Position numbers and translations under genes: made by a program. A model generated the notes under the pieces. That model saw only the letters and a list, made by a program, of their open reading frames with translations, made no database searches and was not told the DNA's origin. Positions 62,349 to 64,000 of a stretch of DNA of 64,000 bases are shown piece by piece (position 1 is the first letter of the stretch; the number at the start of each line of letters is the position of its first letter). Source of the DNA: a virus. Taxonomy: Duplodnaviria; Heunggongvirae; Uroviricota; Caudoviricetes. The stretch lies in the IMG/VR virus record IMGVR_UViG_3300037466_003234. One strand, 5' to 3'.

Positions 62349-62350
62349 AA

Positions 62351-63310
62351 TTAATCCCAAATCTTGCTAAAATCAATCGTTCCCTTGGAGTAGTCCGTTA
62401 CTCGTTGAGCGAAGAAATCAGCATGTGAAACCCCTGCACTCATGATGTCGAACCATGACATGCGTTGCAAGGAGTCCTTATCAATATTTTTCCAATTCGT
62501 CTTAAGTCCAAGATCAGTCAGCTTGGTGTTCGCACGATGCCTAATGAAGTTCTTCATGTCTTTCGCTGTCAAGCCTTCTGGATCACCGAGTTCAAAGACC
62601 TTGTCGATAAAATTGTCCTCAAGCTCAACGGTCAGACGTGCGGCGTCGTAAATATCCTTCTTAAGCTCATCAGTCCAGATCTCTGGATACTCAGAAATTA
62701 ACGTTCTAAAGAGCCAACAGCCTGCTTCTGAGTGCAAACTCTCGTCTTTGATCGAAAAAGCAATGATTTGACCAAGTCCTTTCATCTTATTGAAACGACT
62801 GAAGTTCAAAAGCACAGCAAAAGAAGAGAAAAGGTTAACTCCTTCATTGAATGCGGAGAAAATAGCGAGCGATTTAGCAATCTCTTCCTTAGATTTGCCT
62901 TTGGTAGTGATCAAGCGGTCGATCTTAGCCTTAGCGGTAGGCTCATGAAGGAATGCTGAGAAGTCCTCAAGGCCCAAAGACTGGTTCAGATAGGCATATG
63001 CCACGGCATGGATCGACTCCATAGAGGAAAACGATGCCGACATCATCTGAATCTCTGGCTTTTTGAACCACTTGGCAACCATTTGCGACCAATACTCGCC
63101 AATGAAGACCTCTGATTGCGTAAAGCCTTTCAAGATCTGGCCAATAACGTTGCGCTCGGCGTCCGTTAAGTTCAATTTCCAATCGTTAATGTCTGAAGCC
63201 ATGGCAATTTCGGTGTGCAGCCAGTGGCTTTGTTGCTGGAGTTCCCAGTATTTATATGCCTGCTCGTACTCAAAAGGCGCGTAGGTCGGCCTTGGATTCA
63301 TCAATCCCAT
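62351..63310 (-). CDS. nrdB: Ribonucleotide reductase class I beta subunit
   Basis: FTQSEV, ESIHAVAY, EGVNLFSSF, DESLH and DFFAQRVTDY. Confidence 0.95.
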   Translation of the reverse strand: MGLMNPRPTYAPFEYEQAYKYWELQQQSHWLHTEIAMASDINDWKLNLTDAERNVIGQILKGFTQSEVFIGEYWSQMVAKWFKKPEIQMMSASFSSMESIHAVAYAYLNQSLGLEDFSAFLHEPTAKAKIDRLITTKGKSKEEIAKSLAIFSAFNEGVNLFSSFAVLLNFSRFNKMKGLGQIIAFSIKDESLHSEAGCWLFRTLISEYPEIWTDELKKDIYDAARLTVELEDNFIDKVFELGDPEGLTAKDMKNFIRHRANTKLTDLGLKTNWKNIDKDSLQRMSWFDIMSAGVSHADFFAQRVTDYSKGTIDFSKIWD

Positions 63311-63341
63311 CTCAACACTCCAAATTCAGCTGTAACAATGA

Positions 63342-63788
63342 TTATTCTAGGTAGTAAACGGTGGCGTCGTAGTCGCTAAAAACTTCTTTAAGAATCGTCT
63401 CAATCGTATTCCAATCACCGCCGGCAAGCCCAGCGCCGATCTTAGGAAGAGCGATAGAAAGACCCTTATCTTTTGCAAATTCTTTGACGGTCATCATTGC
63501 GATGCGAATTCCATCGTAATCGGCATGACAAATGCCGCGAGGAAGGTAAGCGTCTTGAGTGGCACAGTTGGCAATGTAGTGTTCGCCGCTACTAAGCTTT
63601 ACGAATTGGACTTCGCCAAGCTCCCAACCTTCATTTGCATGCTTTTCTAGGTAACGTGCCCGCGCTTTTGGGTACTTCGTAGCCACAATTTTGGCCACGC
63701 CAGATCCGAACCCGCCCTGGCAGTTGCAGCCATGAGCAATAATGTCGGCTCCAGAGTCAAATAGGTCGCCCTTTACCAAATTAATCAT
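63342..63788 (-). CDS. Macrodomain (ADP-ribose-processing) protein
   Basis: GDLF..IIAHGCNCQGGFGSGVAK..KYP, IANCATQ and ALPKIGAGLAGGDW. Confidence 0.9.
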   Translation of the reverse strand: MINLVKGDLFDSGADIIAHGCNCQGGFGSGVAKIVATKYPKARARYLEKHANEGWELGEVQFVKLSSGEHYIANCATQDAYLPRGICHADYDGIRIAMMTVKEFAKDKGLSIALPKIGAGLAGGDWNTIETILKEVFSDYDATVYYLE

Positions 63789-63927
63789 TGCAACAATCCT
63801 CCTCACTCTCTTCCTGAAGCTCCAAAAGGCATTCTGCGCAGGGTTTATTCCCCTCTTCATCGCAAAAGCAGCTTGGAACGGCTACAGAGAGTGCCAGGTT
63901 GTCGTCACAGCGATAACAAATCGTCAT
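63781..63927 (-). CDS. 48-aa Cys-rich acidic protein (not in ORF track)
   Basis: MTICYRCDDNLALSVAVPSCFCDEEGNKPCAECLLELQEESEEDCCND*; promoter geometry upstream. Confidence 0.65.
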   Translation of the reverse strand: MTICYRCDDNLALSVAVPSCFCDEEGNKPCAECLLELQEESEEDCCND

Positions 63928-63933
63928 ACCCTG

Positions 63934-63982
63934 AGAATATCATCAGGGCATTTCTGGATCAAGGGAAAATAAGAAAATAAGG
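63934..63982 (-). promoter_or_regulatory. Leaderless sigma70 promoter with adjacent AAATAAG(A/G) x2 repeat
   Basis: TTGATC-17-TATTCT-6-ATG(63927); AAATAAGAAAATAAGG on (+) at 63967-63982. Confidence 0.7.
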
Positions 63983-64000
63983 TTATTCACTGACGAGGTC

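Noticed and set aside
1-64000. Stop-codon reassignment (alternative genetic code)
   Set aside because: Conserved genes (nrdA, nrdB, thyX, def, ligase) are full length in the standard code, and TAA, TAG and TGA all serve as terminators at coupled junctions.

Overview
This 64 kb window is part of a large, contractile-tailed (myovirus-like) dsDNA phage genome. It uses the standard genetic code and probably infects a Gram-negative host, judging by a PagL-like outer-membrane barrel and several lipoproteins. Layout: (1) 61-5306 (+) early/replication block with an AEP primase, ClpP-like protease, CYTH protein, AAA+ ATPase and PLP aminotransferase. (2) 5416-47835, mostly (-), virion module with many fibre/adhesin proteins, three tandem paralogous beta-sandwich proteins, tube-like, baseplate J, LysM/gp25, spike, hub and tape-measure proteins. 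It is interrupted by (+) islands carrying a lytic transglycosylase, DEDD exonuclease and peptidases. (3) 47997-50252 (+) membrane/accessory island with PagL-like and MazG-like genes. (4) 50249-63927 (-) serine resolvase, an unusual 133-nt tRNA-in-tRNA-like RNA, HTH/Rrf2 regulators, dCMP deaminase, ThyX, peptide deformylase, RNA ligase, PNKP, nucleotidyltransferase, HAD phosphatases, NrdAB and a macrodomain protein. The most striking unexplained signal is the RNA at 51091-51223 (-). It has an alanine-identity (G3:U70, ACCA) acceptor/T-arm shell enclosing a second tRNA core with a 5-nt pseudo-anticodon loop, and its first 12 nt are the last codons and stop of an HTH gene. Regulatory grammar read directly from the DNA: a late-promoter-like motif AATCTT(T)A, six sigma70 promoters with exact -35/17/-10/6/ATG (leaderless) geometry, and a tandem AAATAAGG repeat at promoters. 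All functional calls come from motif recognition by eye; no database searches were run.
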